A stretch of DNA of 48,834 bases from Octopus bimaculoides. Its lineage: Eukaryota. A program made the position numbers and the translations under genes. Position 1 is the first letter of the stretch. Every line of letters starts with the position of its first letter. The stretch covers positions 154,015,755 to 154,064,588 of the forward strand of contig NC_068982.1 of the NCBI RefSeq assembly GCF_001194135.2. Direction: 5' to 3'. The notes under the pieces were generated by a model. It saw only the letters and a list, made by a program, of their open reading frames with translations, was not told where the DNA came from and did no database searches. Shown in pieces: positions 24,264-37,021 of this stretch.

Positions 24264-24642
24264 ACGCACACACACACACACAGACACACACATTTGTAAT
24301 AATATAATAAATGTATAATAGGCGTGAAGTATCCATTTTCTAAAATACAAGTCTTCGTATTTATTTATACCGACGAATTTCTATTCTAACAAACAATAAC
24401 ATTATTACAAACGTGCTTACACACTATACATAGGTAAAAAAAACACACACATAAACATACACACACACACACATAGAAACACACATACCACACACACACT
24501 AACACACACACACCACACACACACACGCACACACGCACACACGCACACACTAACATACATACATATATTTCAGAAATACATCAACACAATTACGGTCTAT
24601 ATATATGTGTGTGTTTGTGTGTGTGTATAACTTTATACATAC

Positions 24643-24688
<46 letters not shown>

Positions 24689-25498
24689 NNNNNNNNNNNN
24701 NNNNNNNNNNNNNNNNNNNNNNNNNNNNNNNNNNNNNNNNNNNNNNNNNNNNNNNNNNNNNNNNNNNNNNNNNNNNNNNNNNNNNNNNNNNNNNNNNNNN
24801 NNNNNNNNNNNNNNNNNNNNNNNNNNNNNNNNNNNNNNNNNNNNNNNNNNNNNNNNNNNNNNNNNNNNNNNNNNNNNNNNNNNNNNNNNNNNNNNNNNNN
24901 NNNNNNNNNNNNNNNNNNNNNNNNNNNNNNNNNNNNNNNNNNNNNNNNNNNNNNNNNNNNNNNNNNNNNNNNNNNNNNNNNNNNNNNNNNNNNNNNNNNN
25001 NNNNNNNNNNNNNNNNNNNNNNNNNNNNNNNNNNNNNNNNNNNNNNNNNNNNNNNNNNNNNNNNNNNNNNNNNNNNNNNNNNNNNNNNNNNNNNNNNNNN
25101 NNNNNNNNNNNNNNNNNNNNNNNNNNNNNNNNNNNNNNNNNNNNNNNNNNNNNNNNNNNNNNNNNNNNNNNNNNNNNNNNNNNNNNNNNNNNNNNNNNNN
25201 NNNNNNNNNNNNNNNNNNNNNNNNNNNNNNNNNNNNNNNNNNNNNNNNNNNNNNNNNNNNNNNNNNNNNNNNNNNNNNNNNNNNNNNNNNNNNNNNNNNN
25301 NNNNNNNNNNNNNNNNNNNNNNNNNNNNNNNNNNNNNNNNNNNNNNNNNNNNNNNNNNNNNNNNNNNNNNNNNNNNNNNNNNNNNNNNNNNNNNNNNNNN
25401 NNNNNNNNNNNNNNNNNNNNNNNNNNNNNNNNNNNNNNNNNNNNNNNNNNNNNNNNNNNNNNNNNNNNNNNNNNNNNNNNNNNNNNNNNNNNNNNNNN

Positions 25499-25534
<36 letters not shown>

Positions 25535-26152
25535 AGAGACTTAGAAATATTAATAACTCTATATATATATATATATATACATACATACAAACATTTGTAT
25601 ATGATCACACGCATACTGTTGTTGAATTTGCATTTAAATACTATTCTCACCTCAAGTATTGGAATATCAAAACACAAATTCTTATAGGTTTTTGTATTTA
25701 TTTCTTTAATCATTTAATTGTTATCAACGTACACAGTGAATGTTTCTTGATATCGTGAATGCATCAATATATCACTCCTTTTTACACAGAGATACACACG
25801 CATACAAATTACAAATGTATGCACACGCGTATACACATTCATATATGTAGGAGTTGTAAATGTCAGAGTGTGTGTGTGTGTATGTATGCATGTATGCATA
25901 TGTGTATGCTCGTGTTTAGGTATGTATGTGCGGATGGGTGTGTGTGTATAGACGCATATGTACATATGTATTTTGCTTGTTTTATCATAGGGCACAAAAG
26001 TGCTATTATATTAGCAGTGTCTATAGATATAGATATATATATACTCTATAGATATATATACTCAAAGAGAGATTGAGACAGAAGAAAAACGGACAGACAG
26101 ATACATACATACATATATACGTAAAGACAAACACTCGTTTCAATGTATACGA

Positions 26153-26196
<44 letters not shown>

Positions 26197-26942
26197 NNNN
26201 NNNNNNNNNNNNNNNNNNNNNNNNNNNNNNNNNNNNNNNNNNNNNNNNNNNNNNNNNNNNNNNNNNNNNNNNNNNNNNNNNNNNNNNNNNNNNNNNNNNN
26301 NNNNNNNNNNNNNNNNNNNNNNNNNNNNNNNNNNNNNNNNNNNNNNNNNNNNNNNNNNNNNNNNNNNNNNNNNNNNNNNNNNNNNNNNNNNNNNNNNNNN
26401 NNNNNNNNNNNNNNNNNNNNNNNNNNNNNNNNNNNNNNNNNNNNNNNNNNNNNNNNNNNNNNNNNNNNNNNNNNNNNNNNNNNNNNNNNNNNNNNNNNNN
26501 NNNNNNNNNNNNNNNNNNNNNNNNNNNNNNNNNNNNNNNNNNNNNNNNNNNNNNNNNNNNNNNNNNNNNNNNNNNNNNNNNNNNNNNNNNNNNNNNNNNN
26601 NNNNNNNNNNNNNNNNNNNNNNNNNNNNNNNNNNNNNNNNNNNNNNNNNNNNNNNNNNNNNNNNNNNNNNNNNNNNNNNNNNNNNNNNNNNNNNNNNNNN
26701 NNNNNNNNNNNNNNNNNNNNNNNNNNNNNNNNNNNNNNNNNNNNNNNNNNNNNNNNNNNNNNNNNNNNNNNNNNNNNNNNNNNNNNNNNNNNNNNNNNNN
26801 NNNNNNNNNNNNNNNNNNNNNNNNNNNNNNNNNNNNNNNNNNNNNNNNNNNNNNNNNNNNNNNNNNNNNNNNNNNNNNNNNNNNNNNNNNNNNNNNNNNN
26901 NNNNNNNNNNNNNNNNNNNNNNNNNNNNNNNNNNNNNNNNNA

Positions 26943-27029
<87 letters not shown>

Positions 27030-27480
27030 CATACATATACATCTATCTTACCAAACGGACACACTTTTACATATACACGCATACGTGCACGCACATAGTC
27101 TAATAGAGAGATATACATTTATAGATGTGTGTGTTTGTGTTGGTGTATAATTGTGCGTGTGTTTGTAAATATGGAAATGTTGAGAATATAACGACTCTTG
27201 TCTCAAAGTATAAATCTGTATATTATATACGCTCATAAACACATTTATGTATGTATGCGTTTTATAAACATTGTTTTACACTTTAATGTATGTATTTAAA
27301 ATATACGCATTAATATATATTTATTCTTATTGTAAGCACTCATACGCGAACATTGATGTAAGCACGTTTATTATATATACTACATTTATACAAATATTAA
27401 TGTATATATGTGTGTTATAACCACTCATACATACACATCTTTGTTGAGATATACATAATACTGATATCAATGTTTATATA
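23290..27480. repeat. Microsatellite-rich block (TA, CA, GT, TATG) with three large N gaps
   Basis: Gaps at 23350-23929, 24689-25498 and 26197-26941 are bordered by (TA)n on nearly every side. Confidence 0.85.
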
Positions 27481-28039
27481 AAAGTGTTACACATCTGCGT
27501 TGCAAATGTAAATATTAAATATTTACTTTGACAGTAAATACCAGTTAGTAAAATAACATATTCCGTTGAAGAGATAAAATAATCAAACTAGTTGATATAA
27601 CAATGCGATAATATCTCAATGTACGGATACGTGTTTTATTTATCTATATCAATGCATGTGTACGCACACCTGCTCATATTGATGACACAGAAACAGTGAT
27701 ATGCAATTTGGATAATACCTAACAATTTTGAATATTCAACTTATACACATGTATTTATTACTTTCATAGTTTTACGTTTCCACGCAGTTTTCTCAGTCAT
27801 GTTGTAGCGGTTCTTTATAGAAGAAGGCTATGGTATTTCGATCTCCGGGAAAAAAATGTACCAATAGAATAAAAGGAAATAATTCAAGTCCTGATTTTGA
27901 AAGTAGATACACATAAACATACGTTTATATTCAGTTCGATCAAATGAATTATCCTTTCTGTAAAAATTATCATGCAAAGTGGATGAATCTTCTAAGGACA
28001 CCTGTGGCCGTAACGTAAAGCTAGGTCTTTAAATTACAG

Positions 28040-28108
28040 AACAATCCATTCAATGGACTTCCAAACAACGACTGTCGACCCAGTTTCATTCACATTGCTT
28101 CAATCAAC
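28040..28108 (+). CDS. Weak candidate exon (69 nt)
   Basis: ttacag/AAC...AAC/gtaaga; open in all three frames and a multiple of three. No homology recognised. Confidence 0.2.
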
Positions 28109-28309
28109 GTAAGACACTTAACCATTTGTCCATATGTGTTTCGATTGCTTTTTCTGCATCAATACATGGAATTCAATGCACACCTATGATACATAAATGA
28201 TAGCTAATAAGAAATCGTATTTTAATAGACAACCGGAAATACAATAGAAAGTGTACCCTGCTTTAGTAATATACATAGACTTAGAACCATATATATATAT
28301 ATATATATT

Positions 28310-28500
28310 ATGATTGACCGTTGACTGAACACTATTCAATTTTTTTTCTCCGTGTTTTTCTCCTTGTCTCCGTATTCTTTCTGTTGAAGAGCGTAGCTCG
28401 AAACGTCAAAGACTTTCCGTATTCCCGAGCGTCATACTAATATATACTTTTGTTATTTACACCACCTGTCCTCGTCTGTTGTTATTATTTGTATATTCTC
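28310..28500 (+). mobile_element. Penelope-like terminal repeat fragment
   Basis: Contains the CTGnnGAAGAG...CTCGAAACGTC signature typical of Penelope-like element termini; no RT or GIY-YIG coding sequence nearby. Confidence 0.5.
28376..28412 (+). ncRNA. Minimal type I hammerhead-ribozyme-like motif (variant core)
   Basis: Stem I tcttt/aaaga; core CTGTTGA plus an extra A; stem II gagc-gta-gctc; GAAA; palindromic ACGT in place of stem III; putative GTC cleavage triplet at 28405-28407. Confidence 0.5.
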
Positions 28501-28501
28501 C

Positions 28502-28502
28502 C

Positions 28503-28533
<31 letters not shown>

Positions 28534-28859
28534 TATATGCATACAAATACATACATAGTTGCATACATACATACATACATGCATACATGCATGCATACAT
28601 ACATACATACATACATACATACATACATACATACATACATGTGCATGTGCGTATGTTATTGGATTATGCGTGTGCGTGTGCTGTAAACAACGTGGTTATA
28701 TATTGCTTTCCTTTATGTAATATACAAAATACTAAAGCGCTCAATATTCCTGCATTCCTGCATACATACACACATAGTCACACACACATATTTATACATT
28801 TAGATATATTTGCATATACATGCATATACATCTATATATATATTCACAGACAGACAGAC

Positions 28860-28940
<81 letters not shown>

Positions 28941-28942
28941 TA
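28502..28942. repeat. (TA)n, (CATA)n and (GATA)n microsatellites
   Basis: Pure (GATA)n at about 28860-28940. Confidence 0.9.
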
Positions 28943-29759
28943 AACATCCATTCTATGGTTTCATGCTAGCATCCATGAACTTGGATGTTCACTGAATCTG
29001 TGTCACGTATTGTATCGCGTCTTCAGTGTTCTCTTGAGCGGAGAAGAGATAGAAAACAAGTCGTACCTTGTCTGCAAGCACTATTGTTAGCTCTGTCGAT
29101 CCGTTCAGTGACATTTCACAGTCAAAAGCAATTTCCACCATTTTTAGTTATTATTACAGCTTTAGCATTCGCTTAATAAGCACATATAGCATTTGATATG
29201 CTAGCATTTTGTACGTACGTATATGTGTGTGTGCCTGTAAATGCCTGTGTATACATACATACTTACATGCCCACACATGTGCAAATTCTTTCGCCTGTTT
29301 GTATTAATAGGGTTACATTTTCCAGCGTGTCTTTTCCTAAATTCAGACAGTAAATTATGAGGTGAGAGGAATTTAACTACTATATCTAGGATGTCTTGAA
29401 TCTGGGGAAGCTTCCGCCTCATTGACCGAAAGTAAGTTTCGCTGTACTCTCAGATCAGTTGCAGAAGAATAAAACAATGATGAACGGCGATTTAGTCGTG
29501 ACAACCTTCTGCTTGTATATCGGAAAATATATTGTTCCATACAGCATTTCTTCAAAACGGTATGTAGTGATTTGCGAGTATGTAGTGTATTTTCAGCGGG
29601 TTACCTATGGAACAAAATTGCCACTGAAGGATATTTCTCTCTTCCGCTTTCTCCTACCCCTTCCTTTTTCTCGGGGCAATTTCTGAGATCCTGAGCTATT
29701 CTTTTGGTAGGTCGAACAGAACAACCATGTGTCAGTCACATATTGAATAAAATGAACAT

Positions 29760-29844
29760 TTCCCTCTCTCCCTCCCTTTCCCTCTCTCTCCCTTTCCCTC
29801 TCTCTCTCTCTCTNNNNNNNNNNCCCTCCCTTTCCCTCTCTCTC

Positions 29845-29889
<45 letters not shown>

Positions 29890-29950
29890 TTCTCTCTCTC
29901 TCTCTCTCACTTTCCTTCTCTTTCCTTTTCTTCGCTTTCCTCTTCTTCTC
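29760..29950. repeat. (CT)n polypyrimidine microsatellite
   Basis: Direct reading. Confidence 0.9.
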
Positions 29951-30183
29951 ACACGTCTAACATGTTTTCTAACTCTCTTCAGAGCAAATGGTTAGACTAA
30001 CGCATCATTACGTCAATTATGTGACCACCTTCAGAGACGATTTGTATATCAGGAATTATGTTGATGGTGTAATTTATGAGAGATTTGATTGTTGTTTTCA
30101 GCAGGTTGAGCGACTATATGACAGTTGCCTATTAAATAAAATTACCAGTGAACGATATGTTTCTTTCCCGCTCACTTCTTATT

Positions 30184-30481
30184 TCTTTACTGCCCACAAG
30201 GGGCTACACACAGAGGGGACAAACAAGGACAGACAAACGAATTAAGTCGATTATATCAACCCCACTGCGTAGCTGGTACTTATTTAATCGACCCCGAAAG
30301 GATAAAAGGCAAAGTCGACCTCGGCTGAATTTGAACTCAGAACGTAGCGGCAGATGAAATACTGCTAAGCATTTCACCCCGCGTGCTAACGTTTCTGCCA
30401 GGTTGCCGCCAGGTTGCCGCCAGGTTGCCGCCAGGTTGCCGCCAGGTTGCCGCCAGGTTGCCGCCAGGTTGCCGCCAGGTT
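30184..30481 (-). mobile_element. SINE family B with a tandemly amplified 5' end and an 18-bp TSD (1 mismatch)
   Basis: Family B core and head; TSD tccc(g/t)ctcacttcttatt at 30166-30183 and 30481-30498; tail ...gtagccccttgtgggcagtaaaga. Confidence 0.92.
30397..30481. repeat. 11-bp GC-rich minisatellite (gccaggttgcc), 7 copies plus a partial
   Basis: Perfect units starting at 30397; the unit corresponds to the SINE B 5' terminus on the minus strand. Confidence 0.95.
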
Positions 30482-32211
30482 CCCTCTCACTTCTTATTAT
30501 TCTCTCTCCCTCTTTCTCTTATTCTTTCTCCCTTGTATTTTTCCTCAATTTTATTCTCACTTCCACTTTGCCTTTTTTTTTTCTCTCTCTCTCTTCTCTA
30601 TTTTACGGTTTCTATCTCATATCTTCAGTGGCGGCGAATGAACTAACAGTTCACTACTTTAAGTGAGTGGTCGCCTTTAGAGACGGTGACCGTCTTGAGT
30701 TAGTTAGGAAAAGTAGATGAGGGTTATTTATCGACCAAAAATTGACACATAATTATTATGTTATTGCAGTAAACCGTATACATTTATTCTCCGAGGGAAA
30801 GAAAATAATAAGTTACTTAGGTCTTCTGCATTTTGTGTTGTGTTTCGTCTCATTTGTGAATAATATACAACACCGTGCGGCTATAAATCATACATGTGTG
30901 ATTATACGACATTTCCCTACTGGCGATTGTGTATATAATACCTGAAGTTTTGAAATATCAAAATCTGAAAATATTATTTTCGTATCTGAACTTATAGATT
31001 GTATTGTTTCAATTAGATTTAGATGTTTTCTGTACACATATAATATATATATACATANNNNNNNNNNNNNNNNNNNNNNNNNNNNNNNNNNNNNNNNNNN
31101 NNNNNNNNNNNNNNNNNNNNNNNNNNNNNNNNNNNNNNNNNNNNNNNNNNNNNNNNNNNNNNNNNNNNNNNNNNNNNNNNNNNNNNNNNNNNNNNNNNNN
31201 NNNNNNNNNNNNNNNNNNNNNNNNNNNNNNNNNNNNNNNNNNNNNNNNNNNNNNNNNNNNNNNNNNNNNNNNNNNNNNNNNNNNNNNNNNNNNNNNNNNN
31301 NNNNNNNNNNNNNNNNNNNNNNNNNNNNNNNNNNNNNNNNNNNTATATATATATATATATCCTGTATGTATACAGTGTGTAACTCACTGAATTAAGGAAG
31401 ATGTGTCTTATCACTTTGAACCAATGTCAAAAGTTCATTCTCAAGAAATAATAACGCGTTTGTAAACCTTTAGTAGAACGGAAACATATACCGTCAAAGT
31501 ATGGTTAACTAAATAGATAGGGAAAAGAAAATAGAAAGGAAGATGGAAACGCATTTAGAAGAAGGTAGCAGCGAGAGAGAAGGGTCGAAAGGAAGAGGAA
31601 ATAGGACTGGGAAAGTTAATTGACATAAAGCAGAACTTAAGATGTTCTATGGGTATAGAGAGAATAAAAGAGATGTAGATACATAAACAGATGAAAAAAT
31701 GTAATGGAATAGCATTGACAAATATTGGATGAAATGAAAGTAAAATAATGCAAAATAAAATTCTGGATGACAATTTTGATAGGAAACTGGAAATAAGGTA
31801 TATTTTGGTACCGGGTATTTTAACCGAAGAACTTCTGACCTATTTTTTAATGAAATGTCATGTAAGCATGTTTCTGGGCATTCATCACATATGTCCACAA
31901 ACAAACAAACACACACACACACATATCATATATAATACATACATACATATATACAAATAGAGAGAGAGACGTGGGTATCATTGTGTGTGCTTCTTTTTCT
32001 ACGCTTCTGGATATCAGTGTGTGCATAGAGAGAAATTTCTTGTTCTTCTTGTTCTTGTCGTTCGTTTCCAATATATAAAAGTTCTATTATATTTTAGTTT
32101 CTTACTGTGAGATAGATGAAATTACGTTGAGAATATCTGGTTAGATGTATGTGTACGTGTACACACATACACACACTTATTCATGCATACATACATACTT
32201 ACTTACATGCA

Positions 32212-32712
32212 TACGTTCCAGAAGTTTTGAAACTTTTTCAGAAAAAAACATTTATTAATTTCAAAGAAGCACAAAATTCCAATTTCTTTCAAAGTAGGAT
32301 CTTCTGAATTCGGTGTACTTCATGAAGGATTCATAAAAGTCCCCGAAAGTGAAGGTATCTTGGACTCTTGTCACAGCCTCTCCCATTTTCTCCTTCTTCT
32401 TGAGGGACAGCAATAAGTTACAGGGAGCAAGGTCTAGACTGTATGGAGGGTGAGGGACAATTTTGATGCCAATCTCTATCAAGTCGTTGATTAAAATGAT
32501 GGAATTGTGGACTAGTGCATTGTCCTGTTGCAGGCGCCACCGATCCACGTGGATCAGCGGCATCTGCACAAAGCCTTTTGCAACGAAATCTCTCTCTCTG
32601 AGCTCCTACAAAACCTCCAAAAATATTCTTTGTTGACTGTCTAACCAGAAGGAGCTTAGTGGAGGTAAATGATGGCATTGCTGTCGAAAAAAGAAATTAT
32701 CATCAGCTTCCA
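32212..32712 (-). mobile_element. Mariner (DD34D-type) transposase C-terminal fragment with a TIR remnant
   Basis: Reverse strand reads KLMIISFFDSNAIIY..TVNKEY, WRLQQDNALVHNS, VPHPPYSLDLAPCN, EAVTRVQDTFT, RRSYFE; end resembles tac..gttc.agaagttttgaaact. Confidence 0.85.
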
Positions 32713-33298
32713 GGTGGAGTTGCTTTTCCTGGACTTTTGTGCCAACCAAAAACTGACGCTCGGCTCCTACAAGTTAATCGATAAGCAGTGTGGAGCATTT
32801 CATAAGTTCCTGTAGCGTTTTTTCCCAGCTTAACGCAACCCTTTATTGCATAGCGAGCTTTCAAATTATCTTCACATCACGACTGCATTCTACATAATAG
32901 TCAGTTATGAAAAACAATGCTTAGTTGGGTGTGTTCAAAGTGCTATTACACTTGTCTCCCTTAATCTTGAATAACCAAAGCTGTCAGATCAGCTTATTTG
33001 ATGTACATAAATGACAAATAGCATACTAAAATTACAATGATATAGGACAGTTATAACAGCCTCTCCTAAAAATAATGTCTCAAAATTTTCCGGTATGTTC
33101 TGTGTGTGTGTGTGTGTGTATAGCTAACCACCTACACTTTTTTCTGCAAAATAGGGGTAGCTTATCCTGTTCAGGCTATATTATTAGGATTGTCCTGCGA
33201 CTGAGAATTTAAAATCACTTCTTTAACTTTCTAAGACATTTCAACGCTTCTAAAAGCAAACTTCGTTTGTTTGTTTACGTTTATCGTAATTTGAATTT

Positions 33299-33299
<1 letters not shown>

Positions 33300-33349
<50 letters not shown>

Positions 33350-33485
33350 GTGTGTATGTATCTGTCTGTCTGTCTGTTTGTCTCTGTGTGTGTGTGCATG
33401 TGTTCGTGTGTATGTGTGTTTGTGTGCGTTTGTGTGTGTGTGTGCGTGTGTGTGTGCGTGTATCCATATGTATATATGTATATAT
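33300..33485. repeat. (TA)n/(TCTG)n/(GT)n microsatellite
   Basis: Direct reading. Confidence 0.9.
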
Positions 33486-33784
33486 GTATCTTCGAATTTT
33501 AGGCTAGGTAAAGTATGTTTGCGACATATTTCAACTTCTAAAGGCAAATTTACTCCAGTTACCGTGGAGAAAATTTCTTTCTTAAGGTAAAAGAGTAAAG
33601 CTACTATATCTGCCCAGTCTTGTCCTCCTTCCGATTCTCAGGCTCGGCATTTCTACCTCGTTAACCATTATCAATGGGAAATATCGAACAGCGGTAGCTC
33701 TGGGTAGATTGAAAGCTGTAGCTTTAAAATACAATAGCGCAACTCAGTCAATGTTGTTGGCTGTGTTTTAATTAAAGCAGATCA

Positions 33785-34868
33785 ACTGCTTTGCCATCCT
33801 ACCCACGATCCACTTTTGCATTTAAATCTCCCATGACTCACCCAGAGATTTGACTTCTTCGAAGCGCTTATAGAAAGCATCAGCCTCCTCTTCAAATAAC
33901 ATGTCATGCCTTATTTGTTGAAGGACTTCGTGTAATCTATGAAACACATGAAGACGTCTTTTTTACATCTCCACTGCCTGCTCTGTTATCATTCTTAATA
34001 TATAAATAGCATTCCTAATACTTGCACCCTTTATAAAACCAAATTGTTTAATTCCAATCTGATGTGTTATTCTGCTTCTTGCCTTCGCAGAATGATCTTT
34101 GTAACGTGACTCATGATACTAATTGTGCGATGTTGTTCACTATCCACTGCTCCAGATTTTTTCGAGAGTGCAGTAAAAATGGATTTACTCACATCTTCTT
34201 GAAATTTCCCATCATCATAGATCTTGCTTATTACATCTATCAGTTTTCTAGTTCCATATTCCTCTAATGCTTTTATCATCTCGATGACAATTCCGTCTGT
34301 AATTGCTTTTCCTCGTCATTTTGGTGGCTGCATGTACTTCAGATGGTAGGAACTTTTGACCAAGATGAGAATTAAGAAAACAAGGCAAGGTTGCTCTCGC
34401 ATCATGAAACAAATTTCCTGTATACTGTCCATCAATTCAAAATATCGATCTTCTTAACCAGCATGGTACCGTCCTTTGCTCTGATACATCCGAAGTTTGA
34501 ATATCCTAACTTTCTGCCAGAGATCTCATATATCTTCTGATGTACGTTGTATCTTACCGAAATGACCTTTCAATTTCTTCACACTATTCATTCAACCAAG
34601 TCTCTTTCGCCACCCTGCACTTACGTTTAATCAGTCTATCCAGTTCCCTATACTCCCTTTGGGTTTCCTGTTTCTGATTTTCTGTTTCTTAGTCATCACC
34701 GAAAGGATCTCCTCAGTCATCCAGTTCTTATTGTTTCTCTTTTTCTTTAGAAAGTATTTCCTGGGCTGTTTTTATTAAGGTGTTTTTCGTTACTTCTCAG
34801 GTGATCTCCTCGCCGTTATCAATCAACTGATTAAATATGTTCTCTACATTTGAGCAGAGGCGTATTCG
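33785..34868 (-). mobile_element. Decayed RTE-clade LINE fragment (linker, RT N-terminus and an out-of-order APE fragment)
   Basis: Reverse strand: NKNWMTEEIL, YRELDRLIKRKCRVAKETWLNE, GCIRAKDG, HRTISIMSHVTKII, KQFGF..IRNAIYILRMI, CFIDYTKSFNKIRH, then EADAFY..VMGDLNAKV. The element is cut by the gap at 34869. Confidence 0.88.
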
Positions 34869-35559
34869 NNNNNNNNNNNNNNNNNNNNNNNNNNNNNNNN
34901 NNNNNNNNNNNNNNNNNNNNNNNNNNNNNNNNNNNNNNNNNNNNNNNNNNNNNNNNNNNNNNNNNNNNNNNNNNNNNNNNNNNNNNNNNNNNNNNNNNNN
35001 NNNNNNNNNNNNNNNNNNNNNNNNNNNNNNNNNNNNNNNNNNNNNNNNNNNNNNNNNNNNNNNNNNNNNNNNNNNNNNNNNNNNNNNNNNNNNNNNNNNN
35101 NNNNNNNNNNNNNNNNNNNNNNNNNNNNNNNNNNNNNNNNNNNNNNNNNNNNNNNNNNNNNNNNNNNNNNNNNNNNNNNNNNNNNNNNNNNNNNNNNNNN
35201 NNNNNNNNNNNNNNNNNNNNNNNNNNNNNNNNNNNNNNNNNNNNNNNNNNNNNNNNNNNNNNNNNNNNNNNNNNNNNNNNNNNNNNNNNNNNNNNNNNNN
35301 NNNNNNNNNNNNNNNNNNNNNNNNNNNNNNNNNNNNNNNNNNNNNNNNNNNNNNNNNNNNNNNNNNNNNNNNNNNNNNNNNNNNNNNNNNNNNNNNNNNN
35401 NNNNNNNNNNNNNNNNNNNNNNNNNNNNNNNNNNNNNNNNNNNNNNNNNNNNNNNNNNNNNNNNNNNNNNNNNNNNNNNNNNNNNNNNNNNNNNNNNNNN
35501 NNNNNNNNNNNNNNNNNNNNNNNNNNNNNNNNNNNNNNNNNNNNNNNNNNNNNNNNNNN

Positions 35560-35598
<39 letters not shown>

Positions 35599-35885
35599 CG
35601 TGTGTATGTGCGTGTAAATGTGTAAATGCAGACGTGGAAAGAGAAAATAAATGCTGAAATTTCAATAATGCTTTTCTGTACTTTCCCTATTCGGTTCGTT
35701 CGACAGTAGTGATTGAACAGAGAACATACATTTATATACATATAATTTAGATTCATTCTAGAAGCCGCAAAATATTTGAATGTTAATACATACTTTGATT
35801 GGTTGCTGGGAATCGATTGAGCATGTGTTAGTAAAAAAACAACAAGGAGATATATATATATATGTATGTATATATACATAGCAAC

Positions 35886-35944
<59 letters not shown>

Positions 35945-36201
35945 NNNNNNNNNNTATATACACATGTGCATATTTATACATATATATGTGTGTATATGTG
36001 TGTATATATGCATGCATGAATGCATGTATGTATGTATGTATGTATGTATGTATGTATGTACGTGTGTGTCTACTGGAGGTGTAAGAAAGTGATAGAGAGA
36101 GACTTCAACGACAGAAGTACAGTGTATAGGACGAAAACAATTGAAAGAAAAATAGTACGATAGCTTGCAAGAAGAGAATGGTTATAAGAGTGAGAGAGAC
36201 A

Positions 36202-36246
<45 letters not shown>

Positions 36247-36247
36247 A
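35560..36247. repeat. Microsatellite cluster (GT, TA, TATG, GGCA)
   Basis: Direct reading; includes short unique spacers. Confidence 0.8.
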
Positions 36248-36984
36248 AGTTTGAGTAAAATTTTAAGATTACAAATAGCTACAAATGTTAAAATGCTCTA
36301 TATCGATGATCTATGTAATTGAATGATGAAGAGAGAACGGTAACGATAAAAAGGAAAGTGAACGGGAAAAATGTTTCATTGTGTAAAATGTTGTTTAAAG
36401 GATGGCTTGTATGACAGTTTCTTTATAAACTACCGCTCAATAGTGAGGGGAAGATATGGAAAAGATAAGGAGGAAGAAATATAGTGGAGGATAACATGGT
36501 TACAGTTATGGCATAACGTACTGTATAATGTAGCAATTTAAAAGATTATTGCGAAATATTAAATGTACCCGTATGATTTAACTATGAATAGTTATGAAAC
36601 TTTATGCGTACTAGTTGAGGTAAGGAGAATTAGTCTACAGTGTTTTTCTCATATAAAATGTAGAATTATGGGAGAAGTACTTTATACTTCTTCAACGAAA
36701 ATTAATATCTGTGTGTGTGCAAAAAGGAAATGAATTCCTCGGGATTGTCACTTGATGGGAGAAACTTTCACATTTTCAGAGATGCATAAATACTAAAATT
36801 TGGAAATTTGTTTGCAAGTGTAATTCAAGATTTTCTATTTGATATTAAAATTGGTGTGATTATCTTTCAAAGCCTAAATGTCTTCCGACAAAGTAGTGTC
36901 TGTATATCTCGCTGGAAATTTAAGCCTCGTTTTTCTCTGCACTAACATAGACCCATCACTTTATCGTTACTGTCGTTAATGTTA

Positions 36985-36986
36985 TT

Positions 36987-37021
<35 letters not shown>
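36985..37021. repeat. (CAT)n trinucleotide repeat
   Basis: Direct reading. Confidence 0.9.

Noticed and set aside
23226-27103. Very long ORFs of 220-390 aa
   Set aside because: They consist mostly of X from N gaps flanked by (TA)n.
29459-29710. ORF with apparent splice signals (aacg/gtatgt, ttttcag/cggg)
   Set aside because: The implied intron is under 40 nt, downstream frames hit stops, and no protein is recognisable.
30383-30666. ORFs with repeated PPGCRQVAARL
   Set aside because: Translation of the 11-bp tandem repeat derived from the SINE head.
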